Assembly: GCF_006345805.1 (NCBI RefSeq)
Contig: NC_043010.1
Span: 1,178,001 to 1,242,000 of the forward strand
Length of the DNA stretch: 64,000 nucleotides
Source: Octopus sinensis
Lineage: Eukaryota
Direction of reading: 5' to 3'
Part shown: positions 1 to 14,301 of the stretch, piece after piece
How positions within the stretch are numbered: the first letter of the stretch is position 1
How the letters are laid out: each line of letters opens with the position of its first letter
Made by a program: the position numbers and the translations under genes
Notes under the pieces: generated by a model
What the model was told of the DNA's origin: nothing
Databases searched by the model: none
What the model saw: the letters and a program-made list of their open reading frames with translations, nothing else

Positions 1-28
1 TAGAGTGGATCATCAGATTCATATATAC

Positions 29-98
<70 letters not shown>

Positions 99-640
99 TA
101 ATATATATATATTATATATATATATATGTGTATCATATATCATCATCATCGTATACACACATATACACACACACATATACACCACACACATATATATATA
201 GTTTGGAAAACATATATGTGATTTAGCTGATGAATACTTGACATATTTGCTGTAATATTTGCAGCTTTAAATAAAATGTTCTTAGTATGAAACAATTGTA
301 CTAAATTACTGATCCATTCTTGTTAATTTTTTCTTGGTTATATATATATATATATTATATATATATACACACACACACACAATGACCTCGAACCCACAAG
401 AGTAAGCAAGAGGGACAGAGACAGGCAGAAACAAGGGAAATGCCACTTGTATTTGAACATTATACAAATATTCTTTTAAAAAAAACTTTCCTTTTAATTT
501 TTCCAAAATTTAATTGTGTTCCATACTTACAGTTGAAAAAGTCTCAATAACTGAAACCGGTACTGAAATGTCTTTTATAAAATTATTTTAGCATTTTCTA
601 TCTCAACATTTTTTCCATATATATGTGTGTATGTGTGTGT

Positions 641-680
<40 letters not shown>

Positions 681-702
681 ATATATCTATATGTATATCT
701 AC

Positions 703-770
<68 letters not shown>

Positions 771-1103
771 ATATATATATATATACATGCACACACGTGC
801 ATATATGAGGACACATGAAATAGTGGTTATGGTTAGGGTGTTACACTCACAATCACAAGATAGTAGTTTCAACTCCTATTCCGGGTGGTGCATTGAGTTC
901 TTGGGCAAAACACTTCCTTTCACATTGCACTGCGATCACTTCAGCACACCATGAAACCCATTCAGACGATGTCTATTCGATGGAGGGAGGGAGAGAGAAC
1001 AAAAGAACAGCACATACATTTGGTCACTATAAACAAATCAATTGTGCAGGTCATTCGGCAAAAAGTTGAACACTCATGTGTCGCTTTTGACAGGAGACTC
1101 CAT

Positions 1104-1144
<41 letters not shown>

Positions 1145-1354
1145 AAGAACAAATTAAAAGCAGCTCTGGTAATGCAAACTTTATCTGTTGTGCAACCATA
1201 ATGCCTGTGTTTTTGTTTGCATGCCAAATTTTCTGTAGAATAGCGGAACATAAAACACACATGGGGGATGTAAACACACCAACACCTGCTGTCAAGTGGT
1301 GGTGCAGAACAAACATAGACACAAAAGACTTAAACACATAGATATATGCATACA

Positions 1355-1356
<2 letters not shown>

Positions 1357-1395
<39 letters not shown>

Positions 1396-1993
1396 GCAGC
1401 ATGGATTGGTTAATTTGACTGAGGACTGGCAAACCAGATGGCTGCACCAGGCTCCAATCTTGATCTGGCAGAGTTTCTACAGCTGGGTGCCCTTCCTAAT
1501 GCCAACCACTCGAGAGTGTACTGGGTGATTTTACATGCCATCGACACAAGAGCCAGTCAGGTGGTAATGGCAACGGCCACGCTCAATGGTGTTTTTTATG
1601 TGCCACCTGCACAGGAGCCAGTCCAACGGCACTGGCAACGACCTCACTCAAATGTTTTTCATGTGCCACCGGTACAAGTGCCAGTAAGGCAATGCTGGTA
1701 AAGATCACACTTGAACGGTGCCTATTACATGCCACTGGCACGGAAGCCAGTTCTCTGCTCTGGCAATGGTAGTGCTCCACTTGCACGGATGCCAGTCATT
1801 GAATTTGATTTCGATTTTGCTTTCACTTGCCTCAACAGGTCTTTGCAAGCAGAGTTTAGTGACCAATGAAGGAAAGGTATGCATAAGTGGGCTGGTTACA
1901 CCCCTGGCATAGGCCACGAGGTTATGGTCTCACTTGACTTGCCGGGTCTTCTCAAGCACAGTGTATTTCCAAAAGTCTCGGTCACTAGTCATT
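1357..1993 (-). mobile_element. RTE LINE 3' end (ORF end plus 3'UTR plus tail)
   Basis: Reverse complement reads ...RDFWKYTVLEKTRQV* (compare RDLWKCAVREKTRQDK* at 19.7 kb), then 3'UTR modules tggcacataaaa..cacc and a GAT/CTG tail. Confidence 0.85.
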
Positions 1994-2369
1994 GTTGGGC
2001 TTCTTTTGGTTTCTGCCTACCAAATTCACTCTCAAGACTTTGGTTGGCCTGAGGCTATAGCAGAAGACACTTGCCCAAGGTGCTGTGTGGTGGGACAGAA
2101 CCTGGAACCATGTAGTTGGCAAGCAAGCTTCTTGCTACACAGTTATGCCTGTGCCTATAGAAATAATATATATATATATTATATATATATATATATGAAA
2201 TGATTAATTAGTGCATATACTTATGATGTATTTATGCATATATATGTGTGCGTGTGTGTGTGTGTGTTGTGTATATATATATATATATATACAGTAATCA
2301 ATCACTATATACAAAATCCAATGTCAATAGGCTACCATTAAGATACCATGTTAGTACTAGTAGATACAC

Positions 2370-3432
2370 ACACACACACACACAACAAACAAATGCACAC
2401 ACATGTACACAAACGCACACAGATTTTGACACAGACACAGATGCACACACACACACACACACATAAACACATGCACAGATTCATACACATACACATACAT
2501 GCAGACATACACATATATGATACCATGTTATTTCAGAAGGCCTTATTTAATTGGCTGTCGATGATCACATGATTAATATACTCTGTAAGTTCAATGCTTT
2601 CTTTCCTTCCTTCCATCCTTCAACATCCCCACCCACAGTCTTCCTTCCTTCTTTCCTTCCTTCTTTCCCTTCTATTGTTTGGACTCTGTTACACCATATG
2701 CCATATACTAAATTTCCTAGTCTTATTTTCTGGCATTGGTTTCATAACACAGGAATATTGTTGTTGGTGTTGTTCTTATTGTTGTTGCATTGGTTGGATG
2801 GTATTTAGTCGCCCCAGCCCTTCGTATGGATGTAATGTAGATACGGAGTATATGCATATGCAATATAAATATAAATGCACGTGTGTGTACATGTGTATGC
2901 CCACACACACACAACACACAATGCACACACATGTACACAACCGCCCACAGATTTTGACACAGACACAGATGCACACACACACACACACACACATAAACAC
3001 ATGCACAGGATTCATACCATACACATACATGCAGACATACACATATATGATACCATGTTATTTCAGAAGGCCTTATTTAATTGGCTGTCGATGATCACAT
3101 GATTAATATACTCTGTAATTCAATGCTTTCTTTCCTTCCTTCCATCCTTCACATCCCCACCCACAGTCTTCCTTCCTTCTTTTCCTTCCTTCTTTCCCTT
3201 CTATTGTTTGACTCTGTTACAACCATATGCCATATACTAAATTTCCTAGTCTTATTTTCTGGCATTGGTTTCATAACACAGGAATATTGTTGTTGGTGTT
3301 GTTCTTATTGTTGTTGCATTGGTTGGATGGTTATTTAGTCGCACAGCACTTCATGTATTGATATAATGTAGATACGGAGTATATGCATATGCAATATAAA
3401 TATAAATATGCACGTCTGTGTACATGTGTATG

Positions 3433-3435
<3 letters not shown>
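2370..3435. repeat. Tandem duplication, period about 528 bp
   Basis: agattttgacacagacacagatgc at 2421 and 2949. Copies are collinear with scattered 1-2 bp indels. Confidence 0.9.
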
Positions 3436-3466
<31 letters not shown>

Positions 3467-3529
3467 TATACATGCATACATATAGACAGAACCTGAATAC
3501 AGCATAAAACTATTGTTGTCATATGTATA

Positions 3530-3648
3530 TACATATATATATATATATTATATACTATATATTTATATATATTATATATATTATTAATATATATACATAC
3601 ATATAATACATATGTATATGCATAAATTATATATATATCTATATATCT

Positions 3649-3679
<31 letters not shown>

Positions 3680-3904
3680 TATATATATTATATATTTATA
3701 TATATTTATAAATATATATTAATATATATATCTACCTACGTATATATATACATATCTATATACATGCTATATATATATATATATATATATATATCTATAT
3801 ATAATTTATAAAAATATATATTAATATATATATATACCTACATATATATTACATATCTATATACATGCATATTATATATATATTATATATATATATATAT
3901 ATAT

Positions 3905-3989
<85 letters not shown>

Positions 3990-4005
3990 ATATATATATA
4001 TATAT
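3530..4005. repeat. Long degenerate (TA)n array (others at 20-140, 45500-45870, 47380-47590 and 62220-62540)
   Basis: Directly visible. Confidence 0.95.
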
Positions 4006-4407
4006 TTCTCAAGCTATGAATACAGCAGTCTTCTGTTGTGTTTCATTGCGAGAGAATGCTATCATGTTATTTTTGATTTCATAGAGGCAATTTTTGTGTT
4101 ATATATTTTCCGGGCTCTCTCTTACCCCCCTCTCTCTCTCGCTCTCTCTCTTTTCCTCTCTCTCTTTTTCTCTTTCTTGTCTGTCTTTACATTTGTGCGC
4201 GGAATGATTTTTCATTGCAGTTGTAGTATATATTTATTATGTTACACCATTGTTCTATAACAAAGTGTTCAAAATGTCTATTTTCGAGATTTTTATATCT
4301 TGCTCCATCTCTTCTGGTAACCTCATGCAGATTTTCACACACCAGCAGAGAATGAGAGGGTAGGAGGGGTGGAATAGAAGAGGGAGGGAGGAAAAGAGCC
4401 AGTGAAG

Positions 4408-4446
<39 letters not shown>

Positions 4447-4811
4447 TGTGTGTGTGTGAGTGAGTGATGGGAATGATATGGAGAACAAGAGAGGTGTGTG
4501 GTAGATGTAAGAAGTTTCTGTGTGTTTAGTTGTGTAAATACAGGTATGTGAATGAGCAGATCCATTTATGCATGCACGCTTGTGCACAAGTGTACACTTA
4601 TGCTTACTCACACACACACATGCATACACACATATACTCACACAGTCATATACATATGCACATACACACGCATACATACACACACACACACACACAGAAA
4701 GATGCTTCACCTGAAAATACCCTTCAATACACATATGCATACAAAAACACACACGCATATATATATGCACATATAAATGCACATACACACACACAAACAC
4801 ACATATATACA

Positions 4812-4998
4812 TTCTTTTATTTGTTTCAGTCATTTGACTGTGGCCATGCTAGAGCACTGCTTTTAGTCGAACAAATCAACCCCAGGACTTATTCTTTGTA
4901 AGTCTAGAACTTATTGTATTGGTTCCTTTTGCCAAACTGCTAAGTTACAGGGACATAAACACACCAACATGAGTTGTTAAGCAATGGTAGGGGAACAA

Positions 4999-5029
<31 letters not shown>

Positions 5030-5240
5030 TATACATACAAATACGTATACATTCATACATATATATATATATATATATATAAGATGAGCTTCTTTCAGTT
5101 TTTTATCTCCGAAATCCACTCACAAGGCTTTGGTTGGCCTGAGGCTGCAGTAGAAGACATTTGCCCAAGGTGCCACACAGTGGTGCTGAACCCGGAACCA
5201 TGTGGTTGGGAAGCAAGCTTCTTACCACACAGCCATGCCT
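4812..5240 (-). mobile_element. SINE family A copy
   Basis: Reverse complement collinear with 34711-35112. Confidence 0.85.
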
Positions 5241-5255
5241 GCCCCTATGCGTGTA

Positions 5256-5288
<33 letters not shown>

Positions 5289-5389
5289 GTATATATACAT
5301 ATATATGTATGTGTGTATGTGCGTGTTTGCGTGCGTGCGTGTATATATATGTATATATGAGTGTGTGTGTGTGTGTGTGTATTTGTTCA

Positions 5390-5770
5390 TTTACTCATTT
5401 ACTTGTTTCAATCATTTGATTGGGGCCATGCTGGGGCACAATCTTGAAATTATTCAGTTGAATGAATCGACCCCAGTACTTATTATTTTGCTAAGCATGG
5501 TACTTATTTTAACAGTCGCTTTTGCTGAATTGCTAAGTTATGGGGACATAAACACACCAATACCAGTCATCAGGCAATGATAGGGACAAACACAGACACA
5601 AAAACACACATATGTATGATGGGCTTCTTTCAGTTTCTGCCTACCAAATCCACTTACAAGGCTTTGGCTGGTCCATGGCTATAATAGAAGACATTTGCCT
5701 AGATGCTACAGAGCAGGACTGAACCCAGAACTATGGGATTGAAAAGCAACCTTCTTACCACACAGCCATA
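5390..5770 (-). mobile_element. SINE family A copy
   Basis: Reverse complement collinear with family A, more diverged. Confidence 0.8.
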
Positions 5771-5952
5771 GATGTATGATGAGAGTGTGCATGCGTGTGC
5801 ACATGTGTGTCTGTGTCTAAGGATAACAGTCTTGGAAACTTTGGTAAAAATCTTAGGTGCTGTCATGGCTCTTCAGACAAGGACAGGGAAAAAAAAAAAT
5901 ATTGTTAATTCTGAAATTAATATGATGGATAGATTCTGAAAACAATTTTCAG

Positions 5953-6057
5953 ACCAAAACAGACACTTTACCAATATTGTGGATCTTAAAAAGTAATCTT
6001 AGATTTTCTCAAGAGGAATGTCTTTTGAAAGATAATCTCTTAAGATTGGATATTGGA
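5953..6057 (+). CDS. Candidate coding exon (phase 0 to phase 0)
   Basis: Acceptor aattttcag, donor GGA|gtaagt, 105 nt. One open frame: TKTDTLPILWILKSNLRFSQEECLLKDNLLRLDIG. Confidence 0.4.
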
Positions 6058-6394
6058 GTAAGTATATTCCAATTATATATACCAATTCCACAAATTGCTG
6101 CATCTGTTTCAAGGATCTTGTCTTAGCACCTGATCCTCACCAATTTGTGAACAGAAATTATATAGAAGCATTTCGTTTTGTGTAGCTTAATTAGCTTTAA
6201 ATAGTTAATGAGTTGTATGCATATAATTAATATTATAAGTACTTTGCAGTTAAAAACTGATTTGGGTTTTGCATTCTGGTTTCAATTATTTACTCACAGA
6301 CTCTGGAATGTACTGCAAAAATAGTTTGGCAAATATTCTTTCACCAACAAACTACAAACTATGTTCTATATTCTTTAGTATTTTCTGTCTTTTA

Positions 6395-6805
6395 TCTTCT
6401 ATCTTTTACTTACTTCAGTCGTGAGAATGTGGCCATACTGGAGCACCTCTTTGAAGAATTTTTAACAGAGTGAATTGACTCCAGTACTTTTTTTTTAAGC
6501 TTTGTACTTATTCTATCAGTCTCTTTTGCTGAACTGCTAAATTACAGGGATGTAAACACACCAACACCGATTATTGAGTGGTGGTGGGGGACAAACACAG
6601 ACAGAAAGACACTCACGCACACACGTGCACGCACACATACACACGCGCAACAGGCTTCTTTCAGTTTCTATTTACCAAATCCACTCATAAGGCTTTGGTC
6701 AGCCTGAGGCTATAGTAGAAGACACATGCCCTAGGCCCTAGGCATTAGGACTAAACCTGAAACCGTATGGTTGGGAAGCAAGCTTCTTACCATACAGTCA
6801 TGCCT
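6395..6805 (-). mobile_element. SINE family A copy
   Basis: Reverse complement collinear with family A. Confidence 0.85.
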
Positions 6806-7336
6806 TTTCTTCCTTTCTTTTTTTACCTATCAGGACTTATAATGAGCCAATAATGAAGCAGATATTTCTGTTAGAAATAGCAGTCAAATTTCCCTCAAAT
6901 CACATTGTACTATCTTCACTAAAGAATTATATAGAGGGGTGATATAGATGGATAGAACACATTTAATTGTAAGTCATGAGTAGAGCTGACCTGGGGCTAA
7001 GCAACAACAACAAAATCAACATCTTCAATGATTATGAAAACAACAAAAATAACAAAAACAATGATAACAAAACTACAAAAAATAACAGCATAAGAAAAAC
7101 AAGAACATCAACAACAGTAATAAAGGTAGGAGCAATGCCAACGACAACAACAACAACAAAAATAACAGAAACAGCAATAAACACTAAAAACATCAAAGAA
7201 ATGACAAAACAAAAGCAAAAACACCAACAACAATAATAGTAATAATCAACAGTAACAACAATTACAAAAACAACAGCAGCAGCAGCAGCAGCAGAAGTGA
7301 TGGAATTGTCATGGTGTCAAATGAGATACCTTGCAG

Positions 7337-7541
7337 TATCTGTTTTGGATCTTTGTGTTTCCGTGATCCCAACACCTGCATCAACACCAATGCTAAGCTA
7401 TCCCCGTCCTTGGTTTTCCTTTAAACCAACAGCCCCCCCCCCAACCTTTTACTTTGCACCACTGAATGGTTTCATGCAAGGCAATTTGTCTACAGACCAA
7501 GGGATCACAGGCAGAGCGAAATTCAATAAAATGCTTAATAG
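7337..7541 (+). CDS. Candidate coding exon (phase 1 to phase 2)
   Basis: Open frame SVLDLCVSVIPTPASTPMLSYPRPWFSFKPTAPPPTFYFAPLNGFMQGNLSTDQGITGRAKFNKMLN, donor AG|gtaatt, weak acceptor. Minus frames are closed. Confidence 0.3.
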
Positions 7542-7611
7542 GTAATTCCGTTATTAGGTTTGGGGATGCAAAAAGGAAAATAGAACCCAAAGCACGTATA
7601 TGTCATTTTTC

Positions 7612-8005
7612 TTTTATTCTTTACCTTTTACTTGTTTCAATCATTAGACTCTGGCCATACTGGGGCACCACCTTGAAGAATTTTTGTCAAATGAATCAAC
7701 TTCAGGACTTATTTTTGTAATGAATCAATAAAAAACCAGGACTTATTTTATTGATCTTTTTTGCTGAACTGCTAAGTTACAGGGATGTTAAACACACCAA
7801 CACCAGTTGTCAAGCAATGATGGGGGTCAAGCACAGACTCAAAGAAACACACGCACACACACACACACACTCACACACACACACACATACGATAGGCTTC
7901 TTTCAGTTCCTGTCTGCCAAATCCTTTCACAAAAGCTTTGGTTAGCCTGCAGCTATAGCAGAAAACACTTGCTCAAAGTGTTATGCAGAACCATATGGTT
8001 GCCAC
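7612..8005 (-). mobile_element. SINE family A copy
   Basis: Tail, body and partial head present. Confidence 0.8.
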
Positions 8006-8015
8006 ACAGGAAGCC

Positions 8016-8452
<437 letters not shown>

Positions 8453-8844
8453 CAGTCCCCATATTTCATTCCATAACACCTACCTCTGAAGAGAGCAAGG
8501 TTACATAATGAGACTGTTACCTAACACTCTGTTGAATCATTAAGTGTAAAACTGTTCGGTAAGATCGGTCATAATGTACATATATAATACTGTACACTTT
8601 GATACTTTGATTAATTTGTATATATCAGCATGGCCACAGCTCTGAGCTGAAACTAGAGAGAAAAAAAATATATATATTTTATGTGTCTTCTACTGTCTAC
8701 TTTTATCATTTCCTGTAGTATTTCTACAGTCACCCACGGTTCCTTTGCTGATCCCCTTTGTTCCTGCCCAGTGTTGTCCACCTCTGCACTTCCTCACACT
8801 GCTTCCTTTTAGAGCATTCCATTTCTTGTTGATGTCCATGTTAT

Positions 8845-9100
8845 TTTGCCCAAGTATGAAGTGTGTTCTTCTATGGTTCAGAAACATGGACCATCAAGAA
8901 GGCTGATGCCTGGTGACTGGAAAGTCATGAAATGTGGCACTGGAGACAAACGGAGAAGAAGATTTGCTGGACACACCAGGAGAGCTATGAAGAGGTGCTT
9001 AGGAGAGCCAAAGGGAAGTAATATTTGATGGTTACCATCTAGAGGATCAAAGCGAGATGGGCAGGACATATTAGGAGGTCAGAGGGGCTTCTGTGCCTGG
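8845..9100 (+). mobile_element. Degenerate RTE-clade C-terminal fragment
   Basis: VLFYGSETWTIKKAD...EMW.WR...EEVLRRA...RIKARWAGHIRR with stops and frameshifts. Confidence 0.7.
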
Positions 9101-11100
9101 TGACAGAAGGGAGAATACAGGGGTGGGGGTGAGGGGGAGACTGAGAGAGAGAGTGAAGGAGAGTGATGATGATGGAGGATATTAGGCAGAGGAAAATGTG
9201 ATGCTCATTGGAGAGGGCAGCATAGGTGAGAGAGTGCAGGAGAGGTTCACCTTCAAAAGTGCTGCCCAAGAACAGACCACTTGAGAATAAGAAAGACTTT
9301 TATATATATCATCATCATCATCATCATCATTATGGCCACCACGTCAATGATGACGATGACGACGACGATGATGACGACAATGATGACCACCACTACCACC
9401 ATCATCAGGATCATCATCATCATCCTTTGACATCCATTTTTCATTCTTACTTGGCAACCATGTGGTTTCAGTTTGAGTCTGCAACACTTTGTAAGTTTGG
9501 TTCAAATTGAAAATGTGAAACTATTTTCACTTTCTAATGGAAGTTGGTCGTTGTAGAACAGAGCATATCAAATAACTATAACAGGTTGTTAAGATAACAG
9601 AAAATATGTAAATGAAAATAAAGTTTATTTGGTAGCCGAAAGGTTACTGAATCTTTTGATACCCCATATGTTAAAATCGGCAACCCAGTTTTCAAATGCA
9701 TAAGGAACATATGCACACACACACACACACACACACACAAACTCTCTTTTATATATATAGATTTATATATACACACATATATATTCTTATAGGGATTGTC
9801 TAACTAGCTAATTTGCTTGCTATATATATATATATAACATTTTTTTTTTTAGTTTTCATTGATCAAAATCGCCAACAAGATACAGGATATTAGTCAGCCC
9901 AATATTATTGTAGAAGACACTTGCTCAAGGTCTTTGCCTAAGAGATTGGACCCAAAGCCATGTAGTTTGAGAAGCAAGCTTATTAAGCACACAGCAATGC
10001 TTCTATCTCTAAGCTGACTAACTTTCCTCTTCTCTCCCTGGAAAAGAGTGAGTTCTGAAATGTCACTATCATCTTCTACTCATATAACATATAAATTTCA
10101 ATGAATGATTTATGTTGAAGAAGTGCACCACAAGTTTCCATTGATTTGTTCCTAATTGAAATATACTTATGTTAATCATCATCATCATCATCATCATCAT
10201 AATAATAATAATCATCATCATCAGCATCATCATCATCGTCATCGTATTCACTGTCATCCTCATCATGATATTCGTCATCAGTTTTGTGGGCGTCCTCTTC
10301 CTCCTGCTGCTCCTCCCCCTTCCCCTCTTCCTCCTCACTAGTATGAGCACTCCTACTACCATCGTCACCCCCTCTTCTCCACTATTATCCTTCTTAACAT
10401 TTGTCATGGGTTGAGTGGGTTGGACAGACCCCCAACAATTGTTTGAAGAACCACATCATGCCCTAAGGTCCATTTCAGCTTGGTTTATATCACTTGATAT
10501 CAGGATTACTCATTTCACTGCAGAACAGACTGAAAGCAACATGAAAAGGAAAGGTTTGTCTCAAAAACACAACAAACTACCCAATGAGGAAATTGAACCC
10601 ACAATCTTCCAGTCACGAGTACTGCTCCCTTAGGCCATGCATTTCACACTCAACAAAAACGAAATACTGATCCAAGGGAGTTGATTAGTAGATCTGTGGG
10701 TTTTTGTACCAGCTCTGTGTGTTCTGAGTTGGATTCCAACCATGACCTTCATACCTGATAGTCTGAATCTCTTAACCAGTTTACAACCACCAGCTGACAA
10801 AGTCTACACTATTGTAAGCGCCAGGGTCAAGGTTCTGATTTGATGATCCCTCTCTCCTTCCCTCATGCCATCAGTTTTGGAGGTCTTCTAAAAGGTAATG
10901 GGAACTGTTGCTTTTCCCTCCTGACTAAAAGAAAAGGGGAGAAATATAATACAAACAAAAGAAATACCTTTTGTGCCACACAAGAAGTTTGTATGCGTTT
11001 ATATAGAAAGGTGACCTCTAAAATATGGCTGAATTCTAAGGAAGCCAATCAGAGAACCTCTACAGGCTCACTAGCCTTTCCAAAAGAGCAAACTAAGAAA

Positions 11101-11121
11101 TGATGATGATGATAATGATGG

Positions 11122-11170
<49 letters not shown>

Positions 11171-11525
11171 GGTGTGGTGGTGGTGGTGGTGGTGGTGGTG
11201 ATGGTGGAGATGGTGGTGATGATGATGATCATGATGATGATCATGATGGTGGTGGTGGTGGTGGTGATGGTGGAGATGGTGGTGATCATGATGGTGATGA
11301 TGAGGATGATGATGATGATGGCAACGATGATGGTGATAATGACGACATTGGTGGTGATGGATGTATTGATGATAAGGGAGACGATGACAATGATGATGAT
11401 GATGATGATGATGGTAGTGGTGATGATGATGATGATAATGGAGGTGGTGGTGGTGGTGATGGTGATGATGACGACGACGATGACGACGACGACGATGACG
11501 ACGACGACGATGATGATGATGATGG
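11101..11525. repeat. Compound (GAT)n/(GGT)n/(GAC)n microsatellite
   Basis: Directly visible. Confidence 0.95.
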
Positions 11526-12005
11526 TATCAGAAAATGCAATTACTATTTTTTTTTTCAACAATTCCCATTAGAAAAGGAGATATCTCATTATTGATTGCC
11601 ACCACCCCCTCGTTTCTCCCCTCCACCACCTTTTTATCACTAACACTCTCTCTCACACACACACACACACACAGAAGCACAAACATGCATACACACAAAA
11701 CATATCCTCAAACCCTGTAATATTTATCAATATATAACGGCAAGTAATATGAGAGGTCTTCTGCTGTCCTCTATGTCCAAGCATTGTTTCTCTCATATCC
11801 TCTCTTATCAGGTCCATCATGGTCAAGACTCTCACATTTCAAATAGTTTTAACCTGCCAAACAGTAAATATTGGTTGATGTCATTTTTACTAAAGCTTCA
11901 AATATTACAAAAAAAAAAAGAAAAAAAAAAAGAAAAAATAAAACAAAATAAAACAGAAAAAGAAAAAAATAATTCAGTGATAAACAAAATGATAGTGAAA
12001 TGTAA

Positions 12006-12145
12006 TTAGATCGGTGAATGAAAATGATTTGTTTCATAAACGCAAGTAAGGGAGATAAATCTTCTGGTTGTTTCATCTTCATTTGGAATCGTTAGCAGAA
12101 GTATGAAGTCACCGGAGTTGACAAAGGCATTTGGTGGTTGAATCT
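12006..12145 (-). CDS. Candidate terminal coding exon (phase 1), unidentified product
   Basis: Acceptor ttattcttttcag, then (E)IQPPNAFVNSGDFILLLTIPNEDETTRRFISLTCVYETNHFHSPI*. Phase compatible with the 22532 donor. Confidence 0.4.
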
Positions 12146-12290
12146 CTGAAAAGAATAATAAATATGCAGAGAAATCTGTAGCTGTCAGCTGATGCATACA
12201 TAAACATGTGTGTGTGTGTGTATTCTTTTATTCTTTTACTTGTTTCAGTCATTTGACTGTGGCCATGCTGGAGCACCGCCTTAAAGGTTT

Positions 12291-12330
12291 TCATATAAAG
12301 AATCTTGCAAACCAAATCCCAAAACGAAAT
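12291..12330 (+). mobile_element. 3'-terminal fragment of the CCCAAAACGAAAT family followed by (AT)n
   Basis: tcatataaagaatcttgcaaaccaaatcccaaaacgaaat is identical to 27992-28031 and truncates a SINE tail. Confidence 0.8.
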
Positions 12331-12550
12331 ATATATATATATGTAGTCAAAAAAATCTGAGAGTAAACTTCATTAAATGCTCGGGTTGATCCTTAGAAGT
12401 AGTAGATAGCTTCTGCTACCCTGGTCCCAGGACATATTCTTTGTAACCTGAGTACTTATTCTATCAGTCTCTTTTGTTGAACCACCAAGCTATACATACA
12501 TATATATATATACGCACACACACACATGCACACACACATATATATATCTA

Positions 12551-12589
<39 letters not shown>

Positions 12590-12835
12590 GTATATATATG
12601 AGGACGCATGGTCTAGTGGTTATTGTGTTGCATTGTGTTCTTGAGCAAAACACTCCATCTCACTTTGACACCTGATATGTGGCACTCCATGCACCTGTTC
12701 AGGCAATGTCAATTTGATGGGGGGACTGAGTTAATGTACAACACACACATTTGACCTCTATAAGCAAATCATTTTTGCAGGTCATTCAATAAAACAGCTG
12801 GACACTCATGCGTCATCTTTGGCAGGAAAGTCCTT

Positions 12836-13135
12836 CATCATCATCATCATCATCATCGTTCAACTGCTGTTTTCTGTGCTAGTACGGGTTGGACGGTTTG
12901 ACCAGGGTCTGGGAAGCCAGGAGGCTGCACCAGGCTCCAGTCTGATCTGGCACTGTTTCTACAGCTGGATGCCCTTCCTAATGTTAACCACTTTGTGAGT
13001 CTAGTGGGTGCTTTTTACGTGCCACTGGCACAGGTGCCAGGAGAGGCTGGCAGCAGCCACGATTGGTTGGTGCTTTTTACATGCCACCGGCACAGAAGCC
13101 AGTCAAGGCGGCGCTGGCATCGGCCACGTTCAGAT
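12836..13135 (-). mobile_element. RTE 3'UTR fragment
   Basis: Reverse complement of the 20100-20350 UTR (gtttctacagctggatgcccttccta...gtgctttttacgtgccac), adjacent to a (CAT)n tail. Confidence 0.8.
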
Positions 13136-13703
13136 GGAATATATATATATATATATATATATATAAAGGGTAAAGAGTAAAGATCCCCTTTGATCATGAA
13201 CGACCATGAGATTCTCCTAGGAAGTTCCTCTTTGAGGCACAAGTCCAGGTAAGGTTATTTATGGAAGATCAGCAGTCATTCATGCATATCATCCTTCTCT
13301 CTTCACATGACTGATATTATCCAAGGGAAAGACAAAGTCCAATACAGCTTGGCACCAGTGATATCGCAACTCATTTCTACAGCTGAGTGAATTGGAGCAA
13401 AGGGAAAGAACACAACACACAGCCTGGTCCAGGAATCAAACTACCTATATATATATATATATATATATATTGTGTATAGAAAAGGTCATAAACCAGACTG
13501 TTTTAATGAAATACATCTGCATGTTCACATTAATCAAGTGTATGTTTATAAATGTTTTATTTTAAATGAGGCTTATTTACATTTAAAATTTCTGATGAAT
13601 TCTATTCTCAGAGTTATTATATTCCAAAACAAAAGACTGGAATCATTACATAAATAGATATGATCCAGCAACTGCTGGATGCCAGAACAAAGTAAAAAGA
13701 TGG

Positions 13704-14086
13704 AGAAAAAAGACAAGAAAAAATATCAATGTGTGGACATGGTACATGCAAAGTATTAAAAGATGTTCCGAGAAGGAAAGAAAGTGTGTTTTACGTTTCG
13801 AATAAAAGCTCTTCTCCAGAAACAGGAGAGAGACGAAAGTCCAAGAGAAAAGGAAGATGGAGGAAGAAACTCACCAACAGTCCACATGTTACATTTTGGA
13901 ATGTGAACTATTGGCAATTTTTTGCCTCCGTCTACGTTTTTCTTTCGGACTTACTTTCTGTCTCCTGTTTTTGAAGAAGAGCTTTGCTCGAAACATAAAA
14001 CTTTCTTTCTGTCTTTCTCTACGCATCTTATTAATATTTTGCATGTACCACATCCTCACGTTGTTGCTTTCTTCTTGTCTTTTTTC
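13704..14086. mobile_element. Inverted pair of PLE-like pseudo-LTR fragments, each with a hammerhead motif
   Basis: Arms about 13704-13868 (minus) and 13918-14086 (plus) are homologous along their length. HHR motifs at 13788-13823 (minus) and 13967-14001 (plus). Confidence 0.75.
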
Positions 14087-14258
14087 TTCGTTTTTTTTTT
14101 ATTAACTATTTACCACATGCTCACACAGGCCCCCATCCTTTCAACTGGCTTTGGAGTTCCTAATTTGCAGAATTCCTTCTACCATTGGATTACATCAGTT
14201 TATTCATTCAGAGTACACCATTCTGCATCTTTATTGTGAATATATATATACATACATA

Positions 14259-14284
<26 letters not shown>

Positions 14285-14301
<17 letters not shown>

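Noticed and set aside
4170-4345. Minus-strand 53-codon frame LVCENLHEVTRRDG...RAQM*
   Set aside because: No usable acceptor or start codon and no recognisable homology.
8480-8530. Hammerhead at ctctgaagagagc
   Set aside because: CUGAAGA is present, but there is no stem II partner or GAAA.
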